From an uncultured Spirochaetales bacterium (GTDB lineage: Bacteria > Spirochaetota > Spirochaetia > CAYLLE01): a DNA stretch of 64,000 nt. A program made the translations under genes and the position numbers. The notes under the pieces were generated by a model that was not told the origin of the DNA, searched no databases, and worked only from the letters and a program-made list of their open reading frames with translations. Location: NCBI GenBank assembly GCA_964384485.1, contig CAYLLE010000003.1, positions 9,125-73,124 on the forward strand, given 5' to 3'. Every line of letters starts with the position of its first letter. Position 1 is the stretch's first letter. Shown here in pieces: positions 17,508 to 27,546 of the stretch.

Positions 17508-18941
17508 CTATGGGGAAAGCTTCATGGACTTGAGCCTGTTGCCCAGGGCCTGCCGGGTCATTCCCAGGAGGGCCGCGGCCTGGGATTTGTTGCCGCCGCT
17601 CCGGCGCAGGGCTTCCTGGATGAGAAGCTGGTCGGCTTCTTTTATACTCGGGAGTACACTGAAACCGGAAAACGGAGTAACCGCGCTTCCGGATGCCTGT
17701 TCGGTTTCAGGCTTCCGCGGAAACAGCTGGGTTCTCAAATTCCTTACCGGTGAGGCCCCTGCCCGGTTTTGCAGAACCATGTCCTGAACGATTCCCTCCA
17801 GTTCCCGGATGTTTCCCGGAAAGTCATAAAGACTCATGGTCCGGTAAAATTCCGGTGAAACCGCCGGCACCTTCCTTCCGAATTCTTCCGCGGCCCGGTG
17901 CAGGAAATGATTCACCAGGAGGGGCAGATCTTCCTTTCGGTCCCGAAGCGGGGGAAGGTGGATCCGGTGGGATTTAAGCCTGTAGTAAAGATCGTTCCGG
18001 AATTTTCCCTCTGCCATCTGTTCTTCCAAATTCTTATTCGTCGCGAAAACAAATCTGGCGTCGGTGGACAGTGGGGAATCGGAACCGAGGGGATAATACT
18101 CCTTATCCTGTATAAGACGGAGCAGTTTTATCTGACTCTCCGGCTGAAGATCGCCTATCTCATCCAGAAATAAAGTACCCTGGGCGGCCTTCACGATCAA
18201 GCCGCTTCTGGAGGATTCGGCTCCCGTAAATGCCCCTTTTTGATGCCCGAACAGCGTATCCGAAAAAAAAGTGTCTTCCAGGCCGGCTATGTTGACCGGA
18301 ACAAACAACCCCGGCCGGCCGCTGCTGCGGTGCACGGACCTGGCGATAAGTTCCTTTCCCGTACCTGTTTCTCCGGTTATAAGAATGGGGAGCGACGACG
18401 GCGCTACCGCTTCAATGTACTTGAATATCGAAAGCATTCCCGGATCCCGGGTAATAATGTCGGAAAAAGCTTCCGGTTGGGACAGTTCTTTCTGCAGAAA
18501 TATATCATTCAGCCGCTCGTTTTCCGCGGTTATCTCCTGAAAATCCAGCGCCTTTCTGATCTGAAGCTTCAGTTCTTTTATATCCACCGGTTTTACCATG
18601 TAGGTAAAAGCCCCTTTTTTCATTGAATCCACAGCCGTTCCTACATCATCAACAGCAGTGATTATGATAACGGGGATACCCGGAAACTGTTCCCTTAGGC
18701 GGGGAAGAAGATCGTACCCGGAGACATCCGGCATATTCATGTCCAGCAGAATAAGAGAAGGACGGCGGCTTTCGGTGAGCTGCAGAACCTCCGAACCGCG
18801 GCTGCAGCTGACTGCGTTTGTGTATCCTTCCAGGGCCAGAGCGGTTTTGAGCGCAATCAGGGCCTGTTCCTCATCATCTACCACAAGAATTGGCGCTAAA
18901 GTCGATTCACCCACCGGGCGCCTCCTCCGATGATTGTCCAT
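17508..18941 (-). CDS. Sigma-54-dependent response regulator (NtrC family: REC, AAA+, Fis-type HTH)
   Basis: ILVVDDEE..LLDMNMPD, Walker A GETGTGKELIARSVH, GAFTGA loop, YRLKSHRIHLPPLRDR, C-terminal AAALLGMTRQALGNRLK. Confidence 0.9.
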   Translation of the reverse strand: MDNHRRRRPVGESTLAPILVVDDEEQALIALKTALALEGYTNAVSCSRGSEVLQLTESRRPSLILLDMNMPDVSGYDLLPRLREQFPGIPVIIITAVDDVGTAVDSMKKGAFTYMVKPVDIKELKLQIRKALDFQEITAENERLNDIFLQKELSQPEAFSDIITRDPGMLSIFKYIEAVAPSSLPILITGETGTGKELIARSVHRSSGRPGLFVPVNIAGLEDTFFSDTLFGHQKGAFTGAESSRSGLIVKAAQGTLFLDEIGDLQPESQIKLLRLIQDKEYYPLGSDSPLSTDARFVFATNKNLEEQMAEGKFRNDLYYRLKSHRIHLPPLRDRKEDLPLLVNHFLHRAAEEFGRKVPAVSPEFYRTMSLYDFPGNIRELEGIVQDMVLQNRAGASPVRNLRTQLFPRKPETEQASGSAVTPFSGFSVLPSIKEADQLLIQEALRRSGGNKSQAAALLGMTRQALGNRLKSMKLSP

Positions 18942-21360
18942 GCCTGGGTAGAGTTACCGTGACCGCGGTGCCCTCGCCTTCCCGGGATTCGAAACTGACG
19001 GTACCGTTCATCCGTTTCAGGATATTGTAAGAAACCGAAAGTCCCAGGCCGGTTCCTCCCCTTTCCTGTTTCGTTGTAAAAAACGGATCTACCGCTTTGG
19101 AAATGGTTTCACTGGTCATACCTTCTCCGTTATCCTGAAAGATAACCGTTACCGTGTCTCCTTCCTCCCTAATTACAATTCTGAGTCTTCCGCCGGAGGA
19201 TGACACCGCCTGGCACGCGTTCGCAATAATATTGATAAATACCTGTTCCAGCTCATAATAACTGCCTAAAACCATGACCGGGGACGAATACTCCACCGAA
19301 AAATTTTCGATATTCTTTTTTATGGTGTCATCGGTTATGAGCACGGCGGATCGGAGTACGGCGTTCAAATCCACGGGATACAATTTCCCGCCGTTTTCAT
19401 ACCGGATGAAATTTTTCAGGTTCTTGATCAGCTTTTCGATCCGGAACGCCCCTTCTTCTATCCCCTGAATCAGTTTAGGCACCAGGTTCCCGACGGAATC
19501 ATAATCCAGCGAACCTAGCCGCATATCCTTTAAACTTATTTCCTTTTTGCTGAGGTAATCGGTAAACTCGTTCCATAACCTGGAGAGATTCCTGGCATTA
19601 AGGGAGATAAAGTTATTCGGATTGTTGATCTCGTGGGCAATACCGGAAGCCAAAGTTCCGAGCGAGACCATCTTTGATATTCGGGCAAGCTCCTTTTCCT
19701 GGGTCCTCCTCTGAGCCTCAACCTTCATCCGCTCGGTTAAATCGATTCCTATTCCCAGGATGAGCTCTCCCTCCCCTTCCCGCGAAATAAGGGAATAGTG
19801 CCATTCCGCCGGAACGGGGTCTTCTTTGGACCGGAAGTTCAGCATCAGGCAGCCGACCTCGTTATCCCCGAGGGCGGCTATTTTTTCCCGGTATTTTTCG
19901 GCGGAATCTGAATCCATGAGCGAAAAGATGTCAGCCGAACGTTCACCCACCGCGCCTACGGTGTTCCGGAAGACCATATTCGTCATTATCAGCTTCCCGG
20001 ACATGCTATGGGCTGAGAACATTACCGGCATGGTAGACACCATCCGGTTGCTGAATTCGAGCTCTTTGCGGAGGGATTCTTCCGCTTTTTTGCGGTCCGA
20101 AATATCAATAGTGATTCCGGTTATTCGGACGGGTACACCTTTATTGTTCCGTCCGGTTATTCTCCCCCGGCTCATCATCCAGCCGACCGATCCGTCCCGT
20201 TTCTTAACCTGGGCTTCGGTATCGGCGCCGGAAAGAGCTCCGGATTTGAGCTTTTCAAACAGTTCATGAGTGGGGTCCACATCGTTCGGGTAAAGGATCT
20301 CTTCCCGCACTTTTTCTATTGTGATAACTGAATCATCCAACTCAAGCATATCCATGAGGATATCATTCACTTCGATTGTGTCCCGGACAAGATCCCATTC
20401 CCAAATTCCTATCCGGGCACCTTCTAAAACGAGGGTAAGCTGCTCTTCCAGACGCTGCCGTCTCGTTTCTTCTTCCTTCCGGGCATGGATATCCTGAAAC
20501 ACTCCGGCCATTTCCAGGATTCTGCCGTCCTCCCGCCGGTGGATCACCTTGCCGGATATTTCCAGCCACCGGTATCCCCGGTCGCCTGTCAAAAAACGGA
20601 GCTCGATTTTCGCGAGTTTCTCCACGGCTTCTTTCCGGACCATTCCAAGGCTCCGGATCCATTCATCCGCGGAAGGCATATCATCGGGATAAAGGATGCT
20701 TTGGAAATAAGAGATCGGAAATGATACAACATTTCTGTCCATACCGAGGAGGCGTGATGATTGATCATTTATAAAAACCTTCCCCGTCAGGCTGTTCCAG
20801 GTCCAGAATCCCAGTTCCGCGGCGGTTACAACCATATCCAGGTTATCCCGGGTCCGGGATAACTCTTCTAAATACGCGCCCAATTCTTCCCGGGCATTCG
20901 AAAGCTGTTCGTTTCTATCCTGTAAGTCCCTGTCTTTTGCTTCAATTTTTTCTGCGAGAAATTCTGATTCCCGTTCAACCTGTTCTTTTTTTCTGGCACG
21001 GTCTAATGCCCGATCAAGGGCTTTTCCGAGTACCTCAAAATCGGTTACAGGCTTCATGATATAATCCCATGCGCCGTATGTCAGGGTGTCAATCGCGTCT
21101 TCAATCGTCCCTTCCCCGGAAATTACGATAAGCGGCAGATTGGGATGTTTTTTACTGATTTCGGCAACGAGCTCTTTCCCGTCAATTCCGGGCATCCGGA
21201 GATCGGTAAAAACAGCGTCCGGAAGATAGGATTTGAGCATTTTCACCGCGTCCTCTCCGGAGCGGGCAGTCAGAACACTGAAACCGTTCCTTTTGAGATA
21301 CCGGCTTAAAATCTGGAGGATTTCCTGATTGTCATCGACAATAAGTACTGTCTTGTTCAT
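18907..21360 (-). CDS. Hybrid sensor histidine kinase (N-terminal REC, coiled coil, multiple PAS domains, HisKA, HATPase)
   Basis: VLIVDDNQ..FTDLRMPGIDG. PAS-like repeats ending in DIHARK and DISDRK. H-box GIAHEINNPNN. N/G boxes NIIANACQA, DNGEGM, GGTGLGLSV. Confidence 0.9.
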   Translation of the reverse strand: MNKTVLIVDDNQEILQILSRYLKRNGFSVLTARSGEDAVKMLKSYLPDAVFTDLRMPGIDGKELVAEISKKHPNLPLIVISGEGTIEDAIDTLTYGAWDYIMKPVTDFEVLGKALDRALDRARKKEQVERESEFLAEKIEAKDRDLQDRNEQLSNAREELGAYLEELSRTRDNLDMVVTAAELGFWTWNSLTGKVFINDQSSRLLGMDRNVVSFPISYFQSILYPDDMPSADEWIRSLGMVRKEAVEKLAKIELRFLTGDRGYRWLEISGKVIHRREDGRILEMAGVFQDIHARKEEETRRQRLEEQLTLVLEGARIGIWEWDLVRDTIEVNDILMDMLELDDSVITIEKVREEILYPNDVDPTHELFEKLKSGALSGADTEAQVKKRDGSVGWMMSRGRITGRNNKGVPVRITGITIDISDRKKAEESLRKELEFSNRMVSTMPVMFSAHSMSGKLIMTNMVFRNTVGAVGERSADIFSLMDSDSAEKYREKIAALGDNEVGCLMLNFRSKEDPVPAEWHYSLISREGEGELILGIGIDLTERMKVEAQRRTQEKELARISKMVSLGTLASGIAHEINNPNNFISLNARNLSRLWNEFTDYLSKKEISLKDMRLGSLDYDSVGNLVPKLIQGIEEGAFRIEKLIKNLKNFIRYENGGKLYPVDLNAVLRSAVLITDDTIKKNIENFSVEYSSPVMVLGSYYELEQVFINIIANACQAVSSSGGRLRIVIREEGDTVTVIFQDNGEGMTSETISKAVDPFFTTKQERGGTGLGLSVSYNILKRMNGTVSFESREGEGTAVTVTLPRHGQSSEEAPGG

Positions 21361-22982
21361 TTTCCTCTGTATGATTTTTTAATTTTTTCGTAGCTGATTC
21401 CGAACCGTTCAGCGATATCCCGGGCGTAACTCCGGCCGAGAGGAGGTCCCGGACTGATACGATAGGTCCGCTTTATTCCTGTTTCCTCGTCGGGATAGGC
21501 GCTCACTCCGGCCACAAGGCTCCCGGCGGCGGCGGCGGGAAATTGCTTGTTCAGAGTCTCTAAATCTTCAGCCAACTCATGCAGATGGGTTGCATAGATT
21601 CCCCGTACTCCAATGTGGAGAAACGATTTTAGAATATCCCTGCCGATATAAACCCCCTCTCCCGGAGCGGTGCTGGAAAGCGTTTCATTCAAAAAAACCA
21701 TACTCCGCGCGGTTATTTTATCAAACATTTGAGAAAGGCGCGATGCCTCCTCCGCGAGTCTGCCTTCCTGCCTCTGGGCGCCTTCCTCCGCGGGAAAGTG
21801 GGTTACCACCGTATCCGCGGGAGTTATCGATCCCGATTCAGCGGGAATGAACAGACCGGACTGGCCGAGGATTTGATAGATCCCGGCGGAACGGAGGAAC
21901 GTTGTTTTCCCTCCCTGATTAGGTCCGGTAAGTACCCAAAAAGATGATTCCCTGTTGTCGAAATAAAAATCATTTTTAACGATTTCCGATGCTTCCATCT
22001 GCCCCGCCAGCAGGGGGTTGTATAATCCCCGTACCCGGCCGGTTAATGTTTCGTCCCTGTTTATTTCGGGGACACAGACCGGCAGACCCATTCCGGTGAG
22101 CCGCCGTGCCGCATTTTCAGCGAAATCATAAAACCGGAGCTCCCGCGCGGCGTTTGAAAATGCTCCTGTCTGGACGGAAAGGTACTTGCTTAAAACACGG
22201 GATATCCTCCGGAACGCGGGTTTAAGAATATCGGCAAGGTCCTGGAACAGGGGAGAGAGGGGAAAATCTTTTCTGCCGGAAAATCCAAGGGACGGATCAC
22301 GGTGCATGGGTCCTTCCGGAGCATATTCACTTTTCCCGCCGAGAAGCCGGTCAATTAAAGGTGATTTCCGGAAAGCAGTCTCATTTACGGACAATAACGC
22401 CGCTTCAACGGGCCGAAGCCGTTCATTCAAATTAATTCCGACAGTGATACTGCGTTTTTTACGGATCCCTTCCTGCATCCCGGGCAGTTCATTTTTAAGT
22501 GATTGAAATTCTCCGCTGTGAAGAATCACCTCGATGATTTCCCGAAACCGGATTAAACCCCGGGATTCCAGGGGAACACCGTCTAAAGCGGATCCGAATC
22601 CTTCAACACACTGTCTAAAAAGTTCCAGTTCTCCCAACCGCCAAAGCATATCAAGTATGGGGGCTTCCAGATTCCGTCTGGTCTGTACTGAATACGATAT
22701 TTCTTCAACCTTCGGGAGGAGTTCCCGGAAATCATGTACCAGCTGCGGATGATCCATAAGGTCCCGGAAAATTTCCTGCCGATACCGGATCACATCGGGA
22801 TCGGAAGGCGGTGAAGCGAGTATGTTCTTTACGAAGGCCGCCTGGGTACCCTTGGGCAGAATTGAATTGATCAGACCGTCTATATCAAGATCCATAAAGG
22901 TCTGACCGGGAATACTGCCGTTTTTCCCATCTGTTCCCGCGGGTTTCAGAAGGCTCAGGGCGAAAAGTTGTTCTGTCATCAT
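21357..22982 (-). CDS. MutS-family ATPase (core and domain V only; no mismatch-binding or Smr domain)
   Basis: Walker A GPNQGGKTTFLRSAGI, FLNETLSSTAPGEG, ATHLHELA. Its stop overlaps the kinase start (ATGA). Confidence 0.75.
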   Translation of the reverse strand: MMTEQLFALSLLKPAGTDGKNGSIPGQTFMDLDIDGLINSILPKGTQAAFVKNILASPPSDPDVIRYRQEIFRDLMDHPQLVHDFRELLPKVEEISYSVQTRRNLEAPILDMLWRLGELELFRQCVEGFGSALDGVPLESRGLIRFREIIEVILHSGEFQSLKNELPGMQEGIRKKRSITVGINLNERLRPVEAALLSVNETAFRKSPLIDRLLGGKSEYAPEGPMHRDPSLGFSGRKDFPLSPLFQDLADILKPAFRRISRVLSKYLSVQTGAFSNAARELRFYDFAENAARRLTGMGLPVCVPEINRDETLTGRVRGLYNPLLAGQMEASEIVKNDFYFDNRESSFWVLTGPNQGGKTTFLRSAGIYQILGQSGLFIPAESGSITPADTVVTHFPAEEGAQRQEGRLAEEASRLSQMFDKITARSMVFLNETLSSTAPGEGVYIGRDILKSFLHIGVRGIYATHLHELAEDLETLNKQFPAAAAGSLVAGVSAYPDEETGIKRTYRISPGPPLGRSYARDIAERFGISYEKIKKSYRGK

Positions 22983-23020
22983 GTGTAACCTACTGCAGGA
23001 TACACCGGACGGTCAAATAC

Positions 23021-23052
23021 AGCACATTTTTTTTCCGGTGATGCCGATTCAT
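23021..23052. repeat. Partial (left-half) copy of the palindromic intergenic element
   Basis: TTTCCGGTGATGCCGATTCATGTAAATGCT; compare 6361..6390 and the left halves of the copies at 1149 and 36587. Lies 23 nt beyond the GH1 stop. Confidence 0.6.
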
Positions 23053-23074
23053 GTAAATGCTTGGTCAAATACTG

Positions 23075-24409
23075 TCAGAATACTTCGTTTCCGGCTATGA
23101 CTTCTCTATAATAATAATAACTGTCCTTCGGAATTCTCCTGTAATCGGTATAGTCACAGTATACAATACCGAACCGCCGGGTGTATCCGTAGGCCCATTC
23201 AAAATTATCGATAAAAGACCATAGATAATACCCCTTAAGCGGTACCCCGTCATCTATAGCCGCGAGACAGGCCTTGAAATGATCGTTCAAGTACGATATG
23301 CGTTCCGGATCGGACACCCTTTGAAGATCGATGTCGGGAATATCGTGAAAGGCGCATCCGTTTTCGGTCACGTAAAGGTCAAGACCCGGGCAATGATTTT
23401 TCAGCCACATGAGCTGACGGTAAAGCCCGGCCGGGACGATCGGCCAATCCATGGCTGTCTTTTTATGATACGTCGGGATTTTCCGGAACTTTTCCGGTGA
23501 ATCGGGATCGTACTCCGCGGCAAATTCGAAATAGTAATTCACACCGAGAAAATCGATCGGCTGAGCAATAATATCCATATCGCCGTCTTTAACAGGCAGG
23601 GTGATGCCTAGGGCGTCCAGGTGACGCTGGGGATACCCATTACCGATCAAGGGATCTAGAAACATCCTGGTCTGTTTGTCCGCTCCCCGGTCAGCCGCTT
23701 CAGCGTCATCCCGGTTGCTGCCGGCCGGTCTGGGAGTATCCAGGTTCAGTGTGGTGCCTATTCTGCCGCTGTATCCGTCGGAACGGTACTGTTTTACCGC
23801 GAGTCCGTGAGCAAGGTTCAGATGGTGAATCGCCCGGTACGCCTGTCCGAGGTCTTTTATACCGGGAGCGTGTACTCCGACTTCATATCCGAGAATGGAA
23901 CTGCAGAATGGTTCATTCAATGTTATCCAAAAGTCAACTTTATCCGAAAGTGCTTTAAAACATGCGTCGGCGTAATCAGAATACCGGTAGGCGGTATCCC
24001 GGTCCGCCCATCCCCCCCGGTCCTGAAGTTCCTGAGGCAAATCCCAATGGTATAAGGTTACGGCCGGTTTAATACCGTTTTCCAGAAGCGTGTCGATTAA
24101 CCGGTGATAATAATCGAATCCCTTGGGATTCTGCTCCCCTCCTCCCCGGGGGAAGATCCGGGGCCAGGCCAGGGAAAAACGGTACGATTGAACTCCAAGC
24201 TTCTTCATCAGCGCCGCGTCTTCCGCGTACCGGTTATACTGGTCGGCGGCAAAATCTCCGGTATGACCGTGAATCACCTTTCCCGGGGTACGGGAGAAGG
24301 TATCCCAAATACTCGGTCCCCGGCCGTCGGCCTTATGCGCGCCCTCCACCTGATAACTCGCCGTGGCAGTTCCCCATAAAAATCCTTCCGGAAATTGTGT
24401 GCTCTTCAT
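23075..24409 (-). CDS. GH1 beta-glucosidase
   Basis: FLWGTATASYQVEGA, acid/base TLNEP, nucleophile YVTENG, FIDNFEWAYGY. Confidence 0.92.
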   Translation of the reverse strand: MKSTQFPEGFLWGTATASYQVEGAHKADGRGPSIWDTFSRTPGKVIHGHTGDFAADQYNRYAEDAALMKKLGVQSYRFSLAWPRIFPRGGGEQNPKGFDYYHRLIDTLLENGIKPAVTLYHWDLPQELQDRGGWADRDTAYRYSDYADACFKALSDKVDFWITLNEPFCSSILGYEVGVHAPGIKDLGQAYRAIHHLNLAHGLAVKQYRSDGYSGRIGTTLNLDTPRPAGSNRDDAEAADRGADKQTRMFLDPLIGNGYPQRHLDALGITLPVKDGDMDIIAQPIDFLGVNYYFEFAAEYDPDSPEKFRKIPTYHKKTAMDWPIVPAGLYRQLMWLKNHCPGLDLYVTENGCAFHDIPDIDLQRVSDPERISYLNDHFKACLAAIDDGVPLKGYYLWSFIDNFEWAYGYTRRFGIVYCDYTDYRRIPKDSYYYYREVIAGNEVF

Positions 24410-24462
24410 TTTATAGTTGATTACTCCTTTTCTTTTTTATCCATGCCATGATACCATAAATC

Positions 24463-25482
24463 ATGACAAGAAAAGAAGTAGTCGCGGCGGCGCTGGATGG
24501 CAGCCGGCCGCCTTATGTACCTTGGCATCTGGATTTTACACAGGAAGCGGAAGAAAAACTCCAAAGACATTTCAATACCGCAGACCTAACCGGTGTCCTG
24601 CAGAATCATTTCCTGCCGCTGGGTAACCAGATTGTAAAATTTGAGCGTCTTGGCAACGGAAGAGTAAAGGATTATTTCGGCACGGTCTGGGACAGGAGTG
24701 TGGATAAAGATATCGGTGTCGTTGAGGAACCCCTCCTGGCCAGTCCGACTTTACAGGGGTACGAGTTTCCCGATCCTTACGGTGACGGTTCTTTCGAAAC
24801 GATCGAAGCCCGGATATCCGGACACCCCGAACTTTACGCCCTCTATTACATGGGTTTTTCTCTGTATGAAAGGGCTTGGATTCTCAGAGGAATGGAGAAC
24901 CTGCTGATGGATTTTTATCAAAATCCTGAATTTGCCCGGGAACTTCTGGAAACAATAACGGAGTACAATCTACAGGTAATACGTAAAGCACTCACCTATC
25001 CCATCGACGGTATATATTTCGGAGATGACTGGGGGCAGCAGAACGGATTAATTATGGGACCGAAGCTTTGGCGGGAGTTTATCTACCCTCAGCTGAAACG
25101 GATGTACGGTGAGGTTAAAAAAGAAGGGAGAAAAGTTTTTATTCACTCCTGCGGCGACGTGGATGAGCTCTTTGATGATCTCATAGAAATCGGCTTGGAC
25201 TGCTTTAATCCTTTCCAGCCCGAAGTGATGGATGTGGATTCCTTGATTAAGCAGTATTCGGGCAGACTTGCCTTCCACGGCGGATTATCCACCCAGCGGA
25301 CACTTCCCTACGGGACTACCCGGGATGTGGCGGCGGAAACCGCAAAACTGCTTAAGTTGGGTTCCCTGGGCGGTTATATTTTCGCGCCGGCCCATGCTGT
25401 TGAAGGAGATGTTCCCCTGGAAAACATGCTTACATTCATCGATCTATTGAAGGAACAGACCGGTTTCAGCACCGGTCCGTAA
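24463..25482 (+). CDS. Uroporphyrinogen-decarboxylase-family (URO-D/MtaA-like) protein
   Basis: 339 aa. IDGIYFGDDWGQQNGLIMGP, VFIHSCGDV, LDCFNPFQPE and FAPAHAV are typical of the URO-D-like methyltransferase/decarboxylase fold. Confidence 0.7.
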   Translation: MTRKEVVAAALDGSRPPYVPWHLDFTQEAEEKLQRHFNTADLTGVLQNHFLPLGNQIVKFERLGNGRVKDYFGTVWDRSVDKDIGVVEEPLLASPTLQGYEFPDPYGDGSFETIEARISGHPELYALYYMGFSLYERAWILRGMENLLMDFYQNPEFARELLETITEYNLQVIRKALTYPIDGIYFGDDWGQQNGLIMGPKLWREFIYPQLKRMYGEVKKEGRKVFIHSCGDVDELFDDLIEIGLDCFNPFQPEVMDVDSLIKQYSGRLAFHGGLSTQRTLPYGTTRDVAAETAKLLKLGSLGGYIFAPAHAVEGDVPLENMLTFIDLLKEQTGFSTGP

Positions 25483-25488
25483 AAACCG

Positions 25489-26043
25489 TTAGTTTCCAAA
25501 CGGAATGGAGTACATAATTCCCAGATTTACCTTTATCAATGTGAGGGCGGCAATAATCGCGCCTCCCACGGCATTCCCGATAGCTCCCCCGACATCGGTT
25601 GATTCTTCCAGTTCGAAACAAGAGGGGAAGGCGGTAAAGCCGAAGTTGAATCCAAGCTCGCCGGGTCCAAGGGGAATAAACGTGTTTGACAATCCCAGCA
25701 TTACCATGACCGGGGGATCCGGCAGGTAATAGTCGTAACCCGCCTTCTCATTTGGTCCTTTCACCGCTGGCGCAGCTCCGACGCCGAGATATAACCAGCC
25801 AAGCTGCCCCTTGATATAGGGAGCCAGATAAATCTCTTTATAATTTAATCCGAATACCGTTTTAACTCCCCCTCCTATTCCGAATATGCCGTTCCTGTAC
25901 ATTCCTGCCGCCTCCGGTACAAAATGGGCGGAATTCAGACAGAGTCCGAAACTCATCGTTGTATCTACACTAAAGTATCCGTCGGCAGAAGCACTAAAAG
26001 CGGAGAGCATCAAAATACATGACCCGAATGCGATCTTCTTCAT
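25489..26043 (-). CDS. Hypothetical exported Gly-rich protein (possible small beta-barrel)
   Basis: Start moved to the ATG at 26043, preceded by GGAGGAAG. Signal peptide MKKIAFGSCILMLSAFSASA. Alternating Gly/aromatic pattern. Confidence 0.5.
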   Translation of the reverse strand: MKKIAFGSCILMLSAFSASADGYFSVDTTMSFGLCLNSAHFVPEAAGMYRNGIFGIGGGVKTVFGLNYKEIYLAPYIKGQLGWLYLGVGAAPAVKGPNEKAGYDYYLPDPPVMVMLGLSNTFIPLGPGELGFNFGFTAFPSCFELEESTDVGGAIGNAVGGAIIAALTLIKVNLGIMYSIPFGN

Positions 26044-26076
26044 AACTTCCTCCAGGATACAATATATCACATCCGG

Positions 26077-27420
26077 TTATTTTTTTTCTTCCTTTTCCTG
26101 TTTATCTTGTTTATCCTTTCTATTTTTTGTCTGAATTGTGGTAATGAGCTTTTTGACCGTAATGTCTTTTAATTCCCGGTCCAGCTCTCTCTGCATTGTT
26201 TCGAGTACTTCCTTTGTACCGGGACTCAGGTAGGCCCGTGAAAAATCCCTCTTTCGTCCGATTATGACATCGATAAGCTCATTCATGGTGATGGAATCAA
26301 GGGGACGGGCGGGAACGTAGCCTTCCTCATCTCCCCGGACAGGCAGGATAAACTTTTCCTTAGAAAGAAGACTGATTATGGATTCTATTTCACTAGTGGA
26401 AAGGTTAAGGCGCTTCCCTACCGTAGTCGCCGTCGGGGGAACATCTTCCTTCTCATACTGATCCGCGATATGCAGAAATAAATCAATACCCGCTGCTATT
26501 CTGTCACCGGGGGAACGGAATGTTTCCTCTTCCCCGCTGGACGGGATTTTAACGTTTTGGTGTACATAAGCTACTTCCAGGGAAATCATAATGATGATCC
26601 ACCCTAGATACAGCCATATCAGGAAGATGGGAATGGCTGCCAAGGAACCGTAGACTACCGAAAAGGTTATGGATTTGCTCACAAAGAGGGTGAACAGCCG
26701 TTTTGCTATTTCCCATAAAATCGCCCCGATGATGGCCCCGATCACGGCGCTTTTAAAATGGACCTTCCCGTTCGGAACAACCATGATCATCATCACAAAC
26801 GCCAGAAAAATGAACAGCACGGGAAATATAGCCCGAAAAATCGTTTCGAAAATGCTGTAGCCCGGAAGCTCCGCCACCCCCCGGAAGGCGTCACGGATAA
26901 GGTTCGATATTGAAAAACTCGCTCCGATCAGGATACTGCCGAAAACAAGAACCGCGGTATACACTTTGACAATATCGATAAATGAACGGTCCGACCGGGC
27001 TCCCCAGATGATGTTGAAGTTCCGCTCAATATTATTCAGAAGCAGGATAGATGTCACAAGAAACATGCCGAGCCCCACTGCCCCTAGGGTACCGGTATTC
27101 TCCGTGAAATTCTCGAAGTACTCCAGAATCTGATCCTGCCGGGCGGGAACAAACATATCGATCAGAAACTGTTTAATGGACTGTTCGATAGATGAAAATG
27201 ATCCTACCGCGCTTAAAAAAGAAAACAGCACCACAAAAAACGGAACCAATGCGAGCAGGGATGTATAGGCAAGGCCGGACGCGCGGATAATGCAGTCATC
27301 CTTTATAAACTGTTTTCCAGAATGGTTTAAAAACTGCAGATCGAATACAAGGGTTTTTTTTACTTTCGGATAAGCATTCGGATCAGAGGTTAGAAGTTCG
27401 TTAATTATCTTATTGTTCAT
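26077..27420 (-). CDS. YihY/BrkB-family inner-membrane protein with a C-terminal soluble extension
   Basis: LAYTSLLALVPFFVVLFS plus six hydrophobic helices. The C-terminal ~130 aa look like a winged helix (VGKRLNLSTSEIESIISLL) and end in a Lys-rich tail. Confidence 0.75.
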   Translation of the reverse strand: MNNKIINELLTSDPNAYPKVKKTLVFDLQFLNHSGKQFIKDDCIIRASGLAYTSLLALVPFFVVLFSFLSAVGSFSSIEQSIKQFLIDMFVPARQDQILEYFENFTENTGTLGAVGLGMFLVTSILLLNNIERNFNIIWGARSDRSFIDIVKVYTAVLVFGSILIGASFSISNLIRDAFRGVAELPGYSIFETIFRAIFPVLFIFLAFVMMIMVVPNGKVHFKSAVIGAIIGAILWEIAKRLFTLFVSKSITFSVVYGSLAAIPIFLIWLYLGWIIIMISLEVAYVHQNVKIPSSGEEETFRSPGDRIAAGIDLFLHIADQYEKEDVPPTATTVGKRLNLSTSEIESIISLLSKEKFILPVRGDEEGYVPARPLDSITMNELIDVIIGRKRDFSRAYLSPGTKEVLETMQRELDRELKDITVKKLITTIQTKNRKDKQDKQEKEEKK

Positions 27421-27501
27421 GTCTTATAAGATAATGAGAATATACAGCAGAAGTGAAGCCGGCTCATCATTTATATACCAGGAGGCTGAATGCGGTATTG
27501 C

Positions 27502-27533
27502 AAAAAAAACCGCCTGTAACGGCGGTTTTTTTC
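27502..27533. terminator. Bidirectional rho-independent terminator downstream of rpsD
   Basis: A8-AACCGCC-TGTAAC-GGCGGTT-T7. The stem is flanked by an A-run and a T-run, so either strand reads hairpin followed by a U-tract. Confidence 0.8.
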
Positions 27534-27546
27534 GATTTATTGGATA

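Noticed and set aside
27490-27519. A 9-codon mini-ORF (MRYCKKNRL) with an AGGAGG RBS overlapping the rpsD terminator hairpin. It was considered as a possible leader peptide.
   Set aside because: No plus-strand gene follows it; the next feature is rpsD in antisense. The RBS-like string is probably fortuitous.
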